Positions 55,057 to 64,000 of a stretch of 64,000 nt of DNA are shown one piece after another. The stretch is from assembly GCA_015521325.1 (NCBI GenBank), contig WAOK01000001.1, positions 144,412 through 208,411 on the forward strand. The letters run 5' to 3'. Every line of letters begins with the position of its first letter. The stretch's first letter is position 1. Origin of the DNA: Desulfurococcales archaeon. GTDB taxonomy: Archaea > Thermoproteota > Thermoprotei_A > Sulfolobales > NBVN01. The notes under the pieces are model-generated. The model saw nothing but the letters and a program-made list of their open reading frames with translations, ran no database searches and was not told where the DNA came from. A program made the position numbers and the translations under genes.

Positions 55057-58000
55057 GTGATGGTGGTTCGTGTGAAGGTGCTCAAAACATTAGCTATGTT
55101 GATAGCACTAACTATTGTCGTATCATCGATCGCACCGGCACTAGCACTAACGCAGAGGCAGGAGAACGTTAACAACGCATTTATAGACCCTAGGCTCCTC
55201 GACGACTCGACATATAGCTCAAGAGGCGTGGTATCGGACTCATCATTCCTGATGAAGATGAGGGAAAACATGAAGAAAATAGTGACTGCATCTGAGATCC
55301 TTACAGAGCGCGCCAATAGCATGAAGATAAGGCCTGGGCAGGCAAGAGTTGTCATAATAGCCACTCCCGCAGCCAGCATCGACGAAATAGCGTCGAGGTC
55401 AAGAGGAATAATAACTTACGTAGATGTGGGAGCCACCAGAATAATCGTTGCTTGGGCAACAAAGCAGGACGTCCTCAACCTAGCTAAGGTCGACGGAGTC
55501 AGTGCAATACTGCCTGATGTGGCGATCGAGCCTGCGACACCGCCCGGCAAGGACCCAGAACTAGTGAAGCCGACAGCTCAGTTCACATCGACATCCAGGC
55601 CTTCAATAGGAGGGCCTGAGCCCACAAGCTTCTTTGCTGTCAACATAACTGGAGCGAGGAACGTCTGGGAAAGGTACGGCCTCGAGGGTGCTAACGTAAC
55701 AATAGGCATAATAGATACAGGCGTTGACTATGGCTCGCCCGCGCTCGGGCTCGAGGCCATTGCGAGAGAGCCTGACGGAACTCCGAAAATACTTGATGAC
55801 GGTCTAGGCCTGGCCATAACTAATGTTACGGTGACGCCGAATGCCACAGGTTACTTCAGCTTAAACACTACCGAAACCCCAGTACTCGTATATGATCCAA
55901 TGGCTGAGGACGTCTACTACACCAATACGACATGGGTGCTGGTGTATAACCTCGCCACCGGCGTCATCAATTATACAGAGTACAACCTTACAGGAAGCTG
56001 GTATGTGGGTAACATAACCTCAGCAATGCCAATGAAGTTTGGTCTGCAGGTATACTACCTGATTGCCTACCCGTACATACTTTACTTCAGCGTTCCGCTA
56101 ATACTCGTTGATGAACGCGCTGACATACCGGGCTATGACACTGTCTACATGCTCGTCAATGACACCTACCAGCAGATAAGGTCATTTATCCTCGGCACTA
56201 CTCCACCACCACTCAGCTATAGTTTCGCTGGCGAGGAGCCAATAACATATGGTCACGAAGTAGCGGGCCTCGATACCAACGGTGATGGATACTACGACTT
56301 CAGCCTCGGCACGCTGGCAGGCTATGCCTTCGACGCCTACGGGATAATCCACTGGCTCAAGACAGGTGACAGTACCTACCTATTCGATACTCCATGGAAT
56401 TACTGGACCTACGACTACATAGCGCAGATATACCCGGGCATCGACCACGAGAACGGAACTTACGTGACCCTAGAATACGACTTCTACTCGCATGGTACGC
56501 AGTGCGCAGCGACAGCAGCCGGTAGACACACAACCTACTACCTCTATAGCTGGGTCTTCGGATTGATATCCCAGGAAATACCGGGTCAGGCACCGGCAGC
56601 GAAGATAGCTGCGGCAAATGCCCTCTGGGCTGGCGACACAATGGTGGCACTTCTCTGGATGGCTGGTTATGACTTCGTCAGCACTTACCAGCTTGATGGG
56701 GCAAGTAACTGGGTATGGACATACAGCGGCGAGCCAAGGGTAGACATAACCAGCAACTCCTACGGCATCAGCACCTGGTTCGTCTACTACTTCAACTACG
56801 CTACCAGCTACGACCCATACTCACAGCTCTTCGACTACGTATCTATGAGGACAGGAGTCATCAACGTTATAGCGGGTGGTAACGGCGGTCATGGCTTCGG
56901 CACAACGACCACGCCAGGCTCCTCACTACTCTCAATAACTACAGCGGCTAGCACGGAGTTCTACTTTAGACCGTATCTGTACGGGTACATATCAGGCGGC
57001 TACGACGACATAATACCGTGGAGCAACAGAGGCCCAGTAGCCTCCGGCCTAGCGAAGCCCGATGTCGCCGGCGTCGGTGCTTACGCGTTTGCGGGTGGCA
57101 GAACCTGGGAGGCGCTCTACCAGTATGGTGACTTCAGCAACTACTTCGCCTACGACCTCTTCGGCGGCACCTCAGAAGCTACTCCGATGACAGCCGGTGC
57201 CATAGCGCTAATGATACAGGCTTATAAGGTCTGGTATGCGTCCAGACCGACCCCCGACTACATCAAGACCATACTGAAGTCAACAGCAGATGACCTAGGC
57301 TATGGCCCCTTCGACCAGGGCAGTGGCAGAATAAACGTTGAGGCCGCCGTGAAGTTCATACTCGAGAGAAAGGGCCTGACGGCAACATCCAACAGCCCCT
57401 ACACCTACTACCGCTTCAATATCCAGAACCTAGACGCCTTCGGCGAGGGCGTCAAGGACACTGCTCTCCGCGAGTCATACCTGGATACCTCAGTGTACTT
57501 CGGAGACCTACTGCCTGGCGAGTCGGCAACAAAGGGCATAACGCTCTTCACGAGAGATAAGGGTACGTACCTAATTAAGGCGTACAAGCTAGAGCTAACA
57601 AACATAGTGCCGATATGTGATATACTCGACACTAACGCAAGCCTCCTGACCTATGCAGTGAACTGCACAGGCGACTCAATTTACATGAACTTAACAGCGT
57701 GGCAGTCAGGTTCTCAGATTCTTGCCATCAACAACTTAAGCATCTTCCAGGACGCTGACCTCGTAGCCGCAATAGTATCGATACCTCTCGATTACTTTGC
57801 ACCCAATGTCACGACCGGTAATTATACCCAGTACGTGAGCTGGTTCACCGAGTTCGGCGTCGCGGTCGATGTTGACGGAAGCGGTAACTTCTCCGTGGGG
57901 GAGACAGCAAGGCTCAACGTTGATTACAGAGATGCTAATGCTCACATGGTAACCATAGGCAAGCCGATGGAGAAGTTCATGAAGGCCCTCGACGAAGTAG

Positions 58001-59283
58001 CTTATGAGATATGGGGCATCCCGCTAAGCCCATACTTCTTCTGGGAGCCTGACCTAAGGCTCTATATGATATCCAACGAGTGGTTCAATAAGACAGTTAA
58101 CAACCAGTCAGTCATAGTGCCGTTCCACATCGACCTATATGTCTACAAGCGCGTCGAGTGGGACTGGATAACACCGGGCACCAGCGTGGTCTCAGGCCTC
58201 AATGGCTTCAAGTACGTGCCAGTAACGATCAGCATACCGTCAAACGCTACTCCAGGCCTATACTCGGGTTACATAGCTATCGAGCGTGTTGACCCGGCGA
58301 ACTACTCAATAGTCTACGACACAGTCCTGATGCCGGTCTCAGTCAACGTTATGTTAGAGATCAGCAACGTAACCGATGTAAACCTGTATCCGTCATTACC
58401 CATGCAGGAGTACTACCCGCAGAACTGGCTGAGGATAGCGTACGACTGGGGATGGAGAGAGGAGTCAGGTGATTGGAGGGTGCTGAAGGTCAAGATAACT
58501 AACAGCAGCATAGGCTTCCTGGGCGTGTACCTGGCAGCGCTAGGGGACGATTATAACCTAACGAACCTCGATGTAGCAATAATAGGGCCTAACACTGTTA
58601 CAGTGTATAATGGTAAGGCAGGTAAGTTCGTGACCTATTCAGTGAACGGCTACATACTCGGCGCGAACTTCGCCTACAGGAGCAGGTACTACCAGCCTGA
58701 CATACCGCCGCAGCCGTTCTTCCCCTACCCAATAGAGGGTACCTCAATAGTAATGGCGCCGATATCCGGCGAGGGTGTCTATACGATACTCTATAGGGCA
58801 ACGATAGAGGGCGGCGAGAGCGGCTACTACAACGGTTATGAGCCGGTCGCGCTCTATATAAGAACCTCAGCGATCGACTACAAGACCAGCGTGAACGTAT
58901 TCACCGGCTCCTCAGCCCTCATAACGGGTAAGATAGAGACTACAGTCCCGACGTGGTTCACCACAGGTAACCTGAGCGTGGGCTACGACGAGATAGCAAT
59001 ATTCAATGGCCAGACATACGCTAACATGACAGATAACGGCATAGTCATTAACTTCACAGGAACGGCCTTCGCTGCAAGCGGCCCAGTCTATGTAGCGACC
59101 TTTGCAGGGAATGTGACGGCCGCAGCTACGGCTGTGCCGGGCACCTATGAGTTCAACATACTGATAGATGCTAACGTGCCTCAGTACCTATACGGAAACC
59201 TCGATAACGGCACCCTTATGGGTTACGTAATAGACTTTACCCTAGAGAAGCCAGCAACTGTAACGGTTTACAGTAGCAGCTAA
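55057..59283 (+). CDS. Secreted subtilisin-family (S8) serine protease, pyrolysin-like, 1408 aa
   Basis: Signal peptide LKTLAMLIALTIVVSSIAPALA. Catalytic Asp IGIIDTGVDY, His YSHGTQCAATAAG, Ser GGTSEATPMTAG. Many N-x-S/T sequons. Confidence 0.9.
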   Translation: MMVVRVKVLKTLAMLIALTIVVSSIAPALALTQRQENVNNAFIDPRLLDDSTYSSRGVVSDSSFLMKMRENMKKIVTASEILTERANSMKIRPGQARVVIIATPAASIDEIASRSRGIITYVDVGATRIIVAWATKQDVLNLAKVDGVSAILPDVAIEPATPPGKDPELVKPTAQFTSTSRPSIGGPEPTSFFAVNITGARNVWERYGLEGANVTIGIIDTGVDYGSPALGLEAIAREPDGTPKILDDGLGLAITNVTVTPNATGYFSLNTTETPVLVYDPMAEDVYYTNTTWVLVYNLATGVINYTEYNLTGSWYVGNITSAMPMKFGLQVYYLIAYPYILYFSVPLILVDERADIPGYDTVYMLVNDTYQQIRSFILGTTPPPLSYSFAGEEPITYGHEVAGLDTNGDGYYDFSLGTLAGYAFDAYGIIHWLKTGDSTYLFDTPWNYWTYDYIAQIYPGIDHENGTYVTLEYDFYSHGTQCAATAAGRHTTYYLYSWVFGLISQEIPGQAPAAKIAAANALWAGDTMVALLWMAGYDFVSTYQLDGASNWVWTYSGEPRVDITSNSYGISTWFVYYFNYATSYDPYSQLFDYVSMRTGVINVIAGGNGGHGFGTTTTPGSSLLSITTAASTEFYFRPYLYGYISGGYDDIIPWSNRGPVASGLAKPDVAGVGAYAFAGGRTWEALYQYGDFSNYFAYDLFGGTSEATPMTAGAIALMIQAYKVWYASRPTPDYIKTILKSTADDLGYGPFDQGSGRINVEAAVKFILERKGLTATSNSPYTYYRFNIQNLDAFGEGVKDTALRESYLDTSVYFGDLLPGESATKGITLFTRDKGTYLIKAYKLELTNIVPICDILDTNASLLTYAVNCTGDSIYMNLTAWQSGSQILAINNLSIFQDADLVAAIVSIPLDYFAPNVTTGNYTQYVSWFTEFGVAVDVDGSGNFSVGETARLNVDYRDANAHMVTIGKPMEKFMKALDEVAYEIWGIPLSPYFFWEPDLRLYMISNEWFNKTVNNQSVIVPFHIDLYVYKRVEWDWITPGTSVVSGLNGFKYVPVTISIPSNATPGLYSGYIAIERVDPANYSIVYDTVLMPVSVNVMLEISNVTDVNLYPSLPMQEYYPQNWLRIAYDWGWREESGDWRVLKVKITNSSIGFLGVYLAALGDDYNLTNLDVAIIGPNTVTVYNGKAGKFVTYSVNGYILGANFAYRSRYYQPDIPPQPFFPYPIEGTSIVMAPISGEGVYTILYRATIEGGESGYYNGYEPVALYIRTSAIDYKTSVNVFTGSSALITGKIETTVPTWFTTGNLSVGYDEIAIFNGQTYANMTDNGIVINFTGTAFAASGPVYVATFAGNVTAAATAVPGTYEFNILIDANVPQYLYGNLDNGTLMGYVIDFTLEKPATVTVYSSS

Positions 59284-59317
59284 TCCTAAGCATAATTTTA
59301 TCCTTTTTAACAGATAC

Positions 59318-59641
59318 TTAAGAATTATAATCAAATCTTTTCTGCGTTATTTCATTAATTATTAATTGCTTAATATCGTATCTATGCCTTCTTACAAGGT
59401 GCAGATACAGTCCCCTCTTAGTGAATGGACCTTTTCTACAAAGCCCGCAATAAAGCACGCCGTTATCGTGTTTCAAGGCTATTTTTTCTCCTAAATTCTC
59501 CACTAGGACATAGACGCGTTGGGCACGTTTACTACCGACTATGTAGGAGATTTTTTCTAAGCTCACACGGATTCCTGCCGCACTCCTGGCCACGTGTTCG
59601 ACCAAGCGTTCCGATATCGTGTCAATTCTAGACTTCATCAT
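59318..59641 (-). CDS. Small C2H2-type zinc-finger protein
   Basis: YCGLCRKGPFTKRGLYLHLVRRH (C-x2-C-x12-H-x4-H). ATG at 59641 or 59638 reduces the overlap with the upstream gene. Confidence 0.5.
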   Translation of the reverse strand: MMKSRIDTISERLVEHVARSAAGIRVSLEKISYIVGSKRAQRVYVLVENLGEKIALKHDNGVLYCGLCRKGPFTKRGLYLHLVRRHRYDIKQLIINEITQKRFDYNS

Positions 59642-60149
59642 CCCAGGCAACACCCCCTGCTGACACAACCAAAGCCACTAGGGCGGTGTGAATAGCCTCA
59701 TCATGCGTTAGACCCTCCCTAACGATCTTCCGGATTCCTTCAGATGACGCTATATCATAATCCAGAAGTTCTAGAACATGAGCGAGGAAGACAGTCGCAT
59801 CAGATATATCGTTGAGTCCATCCCCTTCAGCATAATCCTCAATTAATTCTATGACCTCTCTAACACGTGTTGGCTCAAGCTCCCACAGGTATCTCTTTCT
59901 TGCCTCCTCTAGGGCAGAAGCAGAATTGCTCACATAGGCACCAGTAGCGTACAGCGTGACTAGATCGGACACAAGTGTTTTGAGATCACGAATAAGATAC
60001 TTGGCGATGGTTTTCTCACCAACCCTAAGAAGAGCCTGTATGGATTCCACTAGCGATGACGCCTCCTCGGCGTCATTCACAGTACGAACTACGGCGCCAA
60101 TACTGCCTGATGTTACGGCATGCACAGTATCTATCACCAACAGTATCAA
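59628..60149 (-). CDS. Hypothetical helical protein (173 aa)
   Basis: ORF coupled to the downstream zinc-finger gene. No motif recognised. Confidence 0.4.
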   Translation of the reverse strand: MILLVIDTVHAVTSGSIGAVVRTVNDAEEASSLVESIQALLRVGEKTIAKYLIRDLKTLVSDLVTLYATGAYVSNSASALEEARKRYLWELEPTRVREVIELIEDYAEGDGLNDISDATVFLAHVLELLDYDIASSEGIRKIVREGLTHDEAIHTALVALVVSAGGVAWDDEV

Positions 60150-60304
60150 CCCAGTAATACAGTAGCTCTCGCATCCTGCTTAAAAGCAGTGAGAGACTGA
60201 GTATGTGCTTGCACAATATCTAAGTGTAAAATTAAGAGACCTCTATGCATGCGTAACTCACTACACGTATTAAAGTCCAACAACGGGATCTCCAGGGAAC
60301 AGTT

Positions 60305-60724
60305 ATGTGTGAGGTTTATGTGAGAACATTCACGATCTCAACATCGAGACGTTTTGAGGCGCTCAAAATAACCCATCTTGTGGAGCAGGCTGTCACAGAG
60401 TCTGGAATAAAAGATGGGCTCGTTATAATTCATGCACCGCATGCAACGGCAGCGATAGTCTTGAACGAGTATGAGCCAAGAATAGCCAGTGACTACCTAG
60501 AATGGGTCAAGCGCTACATACCGCCTGGAGGAGGATGGAGACATGATGAAATAGATGATAATGCCCATGCCCATATAGCGTCAGCCATCATAGGGTCCAC
60601 GAGGGCTATACCTCTTAAGGATGGTAGGTTGCTTAGGGGGACATGGCAGGAGGTTATACTCCTGGAGTTTGACGGGCCCCGCAGCAGAAGAAGGATCGTA
60701 GTGGAAGTCATTGGGCGTAAGTAA
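60305..60724 (+). CDS. YjbQ/UPF0047 family protein (secondary thiamine-phosphate synthase-like)
   Basis: HAPHATAAIVLNEYEP, DDNAHAHIASAIIGS, GTWQEVILLEFDGPR. Confidence 0.85.
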   Translation: MCEVYVRTFTISTSRRFEALKITHLVEQAVTESGIKDGLVIIHAPHATAAIVLNEYEPRIASDYLEWVKRYIPPGGGWRHDEIDDNAHAHIASAIIGSTRAIPLKDGRLLRGTWQEVILLEFDGPRSRRRIVVEVIGRK

Positions 60725-61220
60725 TTAGGCAGTTCCTCATCTCGGTGACGATGGTGATTAATTCCTTTAGATATGTACATACATCTTCACCCTCAGAGAT
60801 GACGCAGTAACTGGCTGAAGCCTCATAGTTATTCTCCCTGACACTTACACGGACTGTGGGTACCCTGCCTCTCACGCCCTCAATAAGTAGGTAGAGGGCC
60901 CTAGAGGGAATTACGTAAGACACAGTAACAGATCTTGGTACATATCCCCTCTTAATCATCGTGCTTGCTATATCTCTAAGGCCAATCCTCGTAAGTAGAT
61001 CCATTATAGCGCCATCAGCTAAATCGCCTTTTATCATGAGTTCCTTTACAGCATTCGTGTCCTTATGTATCATAATGAAGTCTGATCTGCCTATTCTTAC
61101 ATTGATCCGTTTAGTATCGTTCTTGTCACGCTCACTTATTATTTCTTTTGAAAAGAGGTAATCTTTAATTCCTCCGTTAAGAACGCTAATGAAATACCTG
61201 TATTTCTCGCAATTACTCAC
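60708..61220 (-). CDS. Hypothetical protein (170 aa), AT-rich operon gene 3
   Basis: ORF overlapping the upstream gene by 4 nt. No motif recognised. Confidence 0.45.
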   Translation of the reverse strand: MSNCEKYRYFISVLNGGIKDYLFSKEIISERDKNDTKRINVRIGRSDFIMIHKDTNAVKELMIKGDLADGAIMDLLTRIGLRDIASTMIKRGYVPRSVTVSYVIPSRALYLLIEGVRGRVPTVRVSVRENNYEASASYCVISEGEDVCTYLKELITIVTEMRNCLITYAQ

Positions 61221-61561
61221 TTCGATCCCTCACTCATTAATGATTTAATAATCTCGTTATAGATGTTCATCAAATTATGACCGCACCCTTTGAGGTATAT
61301 CACGAATGATATCGCTGTATCCATACCCATGACGTGATAAATTTCTATCTCCGCTACGCCTAAACCCGTGGCGATATTCATAAATCTTATACTTACCCCA
61401 TTACCTACATCTATGGTTGTATGTCTTTCTTTTTTCAAATTAATTTGAATTAGCGGTAGATCCCCTATAATTACTGAGCTCTCGTTCTCACAGATTTCAA
61501 CAATCCTTAAGTGTTCTTCTATTAACTTCTCTGAAACGACCACCATAACTCTTTCACACAA
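61217..61561 (-). CDS. Hypothetical protein (114 aa), AT-rich operon gene 2
   Basis: ORF overlapping the upstream gene by 8 nt. About 36% GC by hand count of a 100-nt sample. Confidence 0.45.
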   Translation of the reverse strand: MCERVMVVVSEKLIEEHLRIVEICENESSVIIGDLPLIQINLKKERHTTIDVGNGVSIRFMNIATGLGVAEIEIYHVMGMDTAISFVIYLKGCGHNLMNIYNEIIKSLMSEGSK

Positions 61562-61769
61562 CCGGCTCTAGCTTTGCTCCACAGTATGGGCAACGCCCGT
61601 GAAGCGCCCTGTAGTCCCCCTGACAGAAGTACGCCTCGAACTTCTTTGAGCAATTCGGGCAGTAGTAAACGGGATCCTTTCCTATAACGAGCTTCCTATG
61701 ACAAATGATGCACCTCTTTGTTGCCCATCCGAGGTGCCCGCCCGCAGTGGTTCCCTTCAGGCTGACCAT
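61554..61769 (-). CDS. Double zinc-ribbon protein (71 aa), AT-rich operon gene 1
   Basis: CIICHRKL...CPNCSKKF...C...CPYCGAKL. Confidence 0.5.
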   Translation of the reverse strand: MVSLKGTTAGGHLGWATKRCIICHRKLVIGKDPVYYCPNCSKKFEAYFCQGDYRALHGRCPYCGAKLEPVV

Positions 61770-61852
61770 CCTGGCACACCAACACCTCGTGATGCAGGAG
61801 TTTTAAAGCATTGGGTAGTGCTTAACAGGCCCAGCTACTAAATATAGCTTAG

Positions 61853-62602
61853 GTGTGGGCGTTGACAGTGATTAGACTATGCGCGGCAGGTGACGTGCAT
61901 GGGAGGCGCTATTTTGCTGTGTTTTCAGCCTCTCTTAAGTCGTTGGTAGGCGTTAAGCCAGATATCTGCGTGTTTGCTGGCGATATGGTTGACGAGGGCA
62001 AGGTCGATGACCTCGCACCCATCGTTGAGGAGGTGCGCTCGAAGTTCCCTGGGATACCGATAATATCAATCTTCGGTAACGAGGAATACCACGAGCTTGA
62101 GGCAGTGTTCGTGAAGAGGTACCCGGATCTAATATGGCTAAATGACTCCCCAGCAATATTGACGGTCAAGGGTGTGAAGGTGGGGTTCGTCGGTACTAGG
62201 GGGGCACTAGAGAAGCTCACCTTCTGGCAGCGCAGGCACAAGCCTGAGCTGGCTAGGGTATATAGAGAGAGACCAAAGGTACTAAGGAAGCTGCTTCTCG
62301 AGGTTAAGAAATATGCTGACGTGACGGTGCTCGTATCTCATTATGCACCGACATTTGTGACAGTTAGGGGCGAGCCTGAGAAGATTTACCCTTTCATGGG
62401 GTCCAAGGACATGGAGAGGATGATTAAGGAAGTCAAGCCCGACATTGTGATACATGCGCATGCCCATAACGCCAGAGTTACGGAGGCGAGGCTTGACTCG
62501 GTGAGGGTCTATAATGTTTCAGTGCCGGCCAGGCATGGGGTAACACTAATAGAGTTTGTCCCAAGGAAAAACCTCCTGAGCTTCATGGGTGTTAAGACTT
62601 GA
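61853..62602 (+). CDS. Calcineurin-like metallophosphoesterase
   Basis: AAGDVHG, FAGDMVDEG, GNEEYH, SHYAP, HAHAHN. Confidence 0.8.
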   Translation: MWALTVIRLCAAGDVHGRRYFAVFSASLKSLVGVKPDICVFAGDMVDEGKVDDLAPIVEEVRSKFPGIPIISIFGNEEYHELEAVFVKRYPDLIWLNDSPAILTVKGVKVGFVGTRGALEKLTFWQRRHKPELARVYRERPKVLRKLLLEVKKYADVTVLVSHYAPTFVTVRGEPEKIYPFMGSKDMERMIKEVKPDIVIHAHAHNARVTEARLDSVRVYNVSVPARHGVTLIEFVPRKNLLSFMGVKT

Positions 62603-63339
62603 CGACAGTACCAGCCGGTGGGGAGGAACTCCCCATAGGTAGGGCGCCCGTAGCTACTTATGCACTGATAGCGATTAACACCATAGTCTTCTTTTTGCTG
62701 ATAACGTTTCCCGGAATCGTGGGGGCATCCTCCTATGAAGAAGTGATCTATGCCTACGGTAACTATCCCTATGATATACTATGTCCATCGACGTTCTACA
62801 GACTCTTCACCTCCATGTTCCTCCATGCAGACCTGCTCCACCTCTTTGGGAATATGCTCTTTCTATACGTTTTTGGAAGGGGTGTTGAGAGGGTGTTAGG
62901 TACTGGGAGATTTCTGATTCTTTACTTTATTTCCGGAATAGTTGCATCTGTATTCAACACGCTTAGCATAATATTTCTCCCTGCGTCAGCTCTCCTCTCG
63001 AAAACTCAGGCACTCATCTACCCATGGCTCGTACCGGCTATCGGGGCATCTGGGGCCATAAGTGGTATACTAGGGGCATATTTCCTTCTGTACCCTAGGG
63101 CGCAGCTTGTAGTTTTCTTCTACTTCATACCGGTTACGATGCCAGCATATGTTTACATAACCTTCTGGTTCCTTTTCCAGCTCCTGATGGGGGTATTTGC
63201 CGCTTCTATCTCAGGCATCGCCTTCTGGGCACATGTGGGCGGGTTTGTGGGAGGCATAGCCCTGCTAAGATATCTTGTTGATGAAAGAAGGCTTGCAGCG
63301 ATAAAGCTCTTTGCCAGAATCTACTACAACCTCTTCTGA
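62599..63339 (+). CDS. Rhomboid-family intramembrane serine protease
   Basis: MFLHADLLHLFGNMLFL, catalytic GASGAISGILGAY, downstream AHVGGFVGG. Confidence 0.85.
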   Translation: MTTVPAGGEELPIGRAPVATYALIAINTIVFFLLITFPGIVGASSYEEVIYAYGNYPYDILCPSTFYRLFTSMFLHADLLHLFGNMLFLYVFGRGVERVLGTGRFLILYFISGIVASVFNTLSIIFLPASALLSKTQALIYPWLVPAIGASGAISGILGAYFLLYPRAQLVVFFYFIPVTMPAYVYITFWFLFQLLMGVFAASISGIAFWAHVGGFVGGIALLRYLVDERRLAAIKLFARIYYNLF

Positions 63340-63362
63340 GGATATTGAATAATGGGGCCGGG

Positions 63363-63959
63363 TCATGAGGAAATGAGATCCGCCATACCCATGAATAAGG
63401 CTGCTGTGAGGGGCCCTATGAAGGGAGATAGATCGACGCCATTCTTCTCAAGCTCTCTATCGTATTTCAGCGCCTTAACTATGTCAGCATCGCCATAGAC
63501 CCGTAGTTTCTTGCCCGTAACGCCGTAGACGAGCTCACTAAATGCTTCGACGGCAGCGGCGTTCGTACTTACCTCCCCTGTCTCGAGCTCGATGAATCTC
63601 TTGGAGACCGATATTAAGGTGCTTAACCTCCTTCCTAATAGCGAGAATATGGGCTCCTTCATCGACATTTCTGCGAAGATATCTGCCGGTCTGAGCGACT
63701 CTACCCGTATCTTCGTGGGAGTAATCATTATCTCGTCCAGCAAGGCCGAGTACCTGCCACCCACAGTCTTGAGTGATTCGTAGATCCTCAGCGATTCGCT
63801 CACATCGGAGTAGTTGAGGATATCTGAGATTGCTCTCCTAATTAGGGCACCGTCAATTCTGTCACTCATTCTCACAGAATAGGACACGGCCACAGTAATC
63901 GGGACGAGCATTATGTGGATCATGGGGTCAGTACCTGCGCCTAATCTGGCCTCCGCCAT
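63363..63959 (-). CDS. Hypothetical protein; the reading frame stays open upstream to the window edge, so the gene may be longer
   Basis: 198 aa from the first ATG. Codons upstream (..NIRIGELLSEALQ) have no stop through position 64000. Confidence 0.4.
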   Translation of the reverse strand: MAEARLGAGTDPMIHIMLVPITVAVSYSVRMSDRIDGALIRRAISDILNYSDVSESLRIYESLKTVGGRYSALLDEIMITPTKIRVESLRPADIFAEMSMKEPIFSLLGRRLSTLISVSKRFIELETGEVSTNAAAVEAFSELVYGVTGKKLRVYGDADIVKALKYDRELEKNGVDLSPFIGPLTAALFMGMADLISS

Positions 63960-64000
63960 CTGCAGCGCCTCACTGAGTAGCTCCCCTATCCTTATGTTAG

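Noticed and set aside
1-64000. Searched by eye for CRISPR repeat-spacer arrays, IS elements or transposases, integrases and att-like partial tRNA duplications.
   Set aside because: I saw no regularly spaced direct repeats, no transposase or integrase motifs, and no duplicated tRNA 3' halves. The only exact repeat noted is the 51-nt tract in the e2b2 paralogs. A computational repeat search would be needed to be certain.

Overview
This looks like a 64-kb chromosomal segment of a hyperthermophilic crenarchaeon, probably Desulfurococcales or Pyrodictiaceae-like. The gene content points that way: Cren7, crenarchaeal SSB, RadA, TFB, a stand-alone 5S rRNA and intron-rich tRNAs. GC is roughly 50% by hand counts. 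Coding is dense and mostly housekeeping: aIF2-beta, aIF1A, SUI1, ThrRS, IleRS, GlyRS, Rio1, NMD3, a Dim2-like KH protein, EndA, MetAP and Rpo12. RNA genes are 7 tRNAs (4 with introns, one apparently with two), a 5S rRNA and two canonical C/D box sRNAs that the ORF track cannot show. Accessory highlights: (i) A five-gene, translationally coupled minus-strand operon (32.1-39.0 kb) joins a type IV pilus core to a VirB4/HerA-like ATPase and a 692-aa orphan. The pilus core is a class III-signal pilin, a FlaI/VirB11-type ATPase and a FlaJ/TadC-like platform. (ii) A six-gene plus-strand cluster (9.9-17.4 kb) resembles the bacterial ygeW/yqeA/ssnA anaerobic purine-degradation cluster. It holds two YgeW-type carbamoyltransferases, carbamate kinase, an SsnA-like amidohydrolase, a PreA-like Fe-S flavoenzyme and a PLP enzyme. 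(iii) Tandem e2b2 (ribose-1,5-bisphosphate isomerase family) paralogs sit next to a PfkB kinase and share a 51-nt perfectly identical tract. (iv) There are two AT-rich islets of orphan genes. I recognised no CRISPR array, transposase or integrase. All protein family calls come from motif recognition by eye, not from searches.
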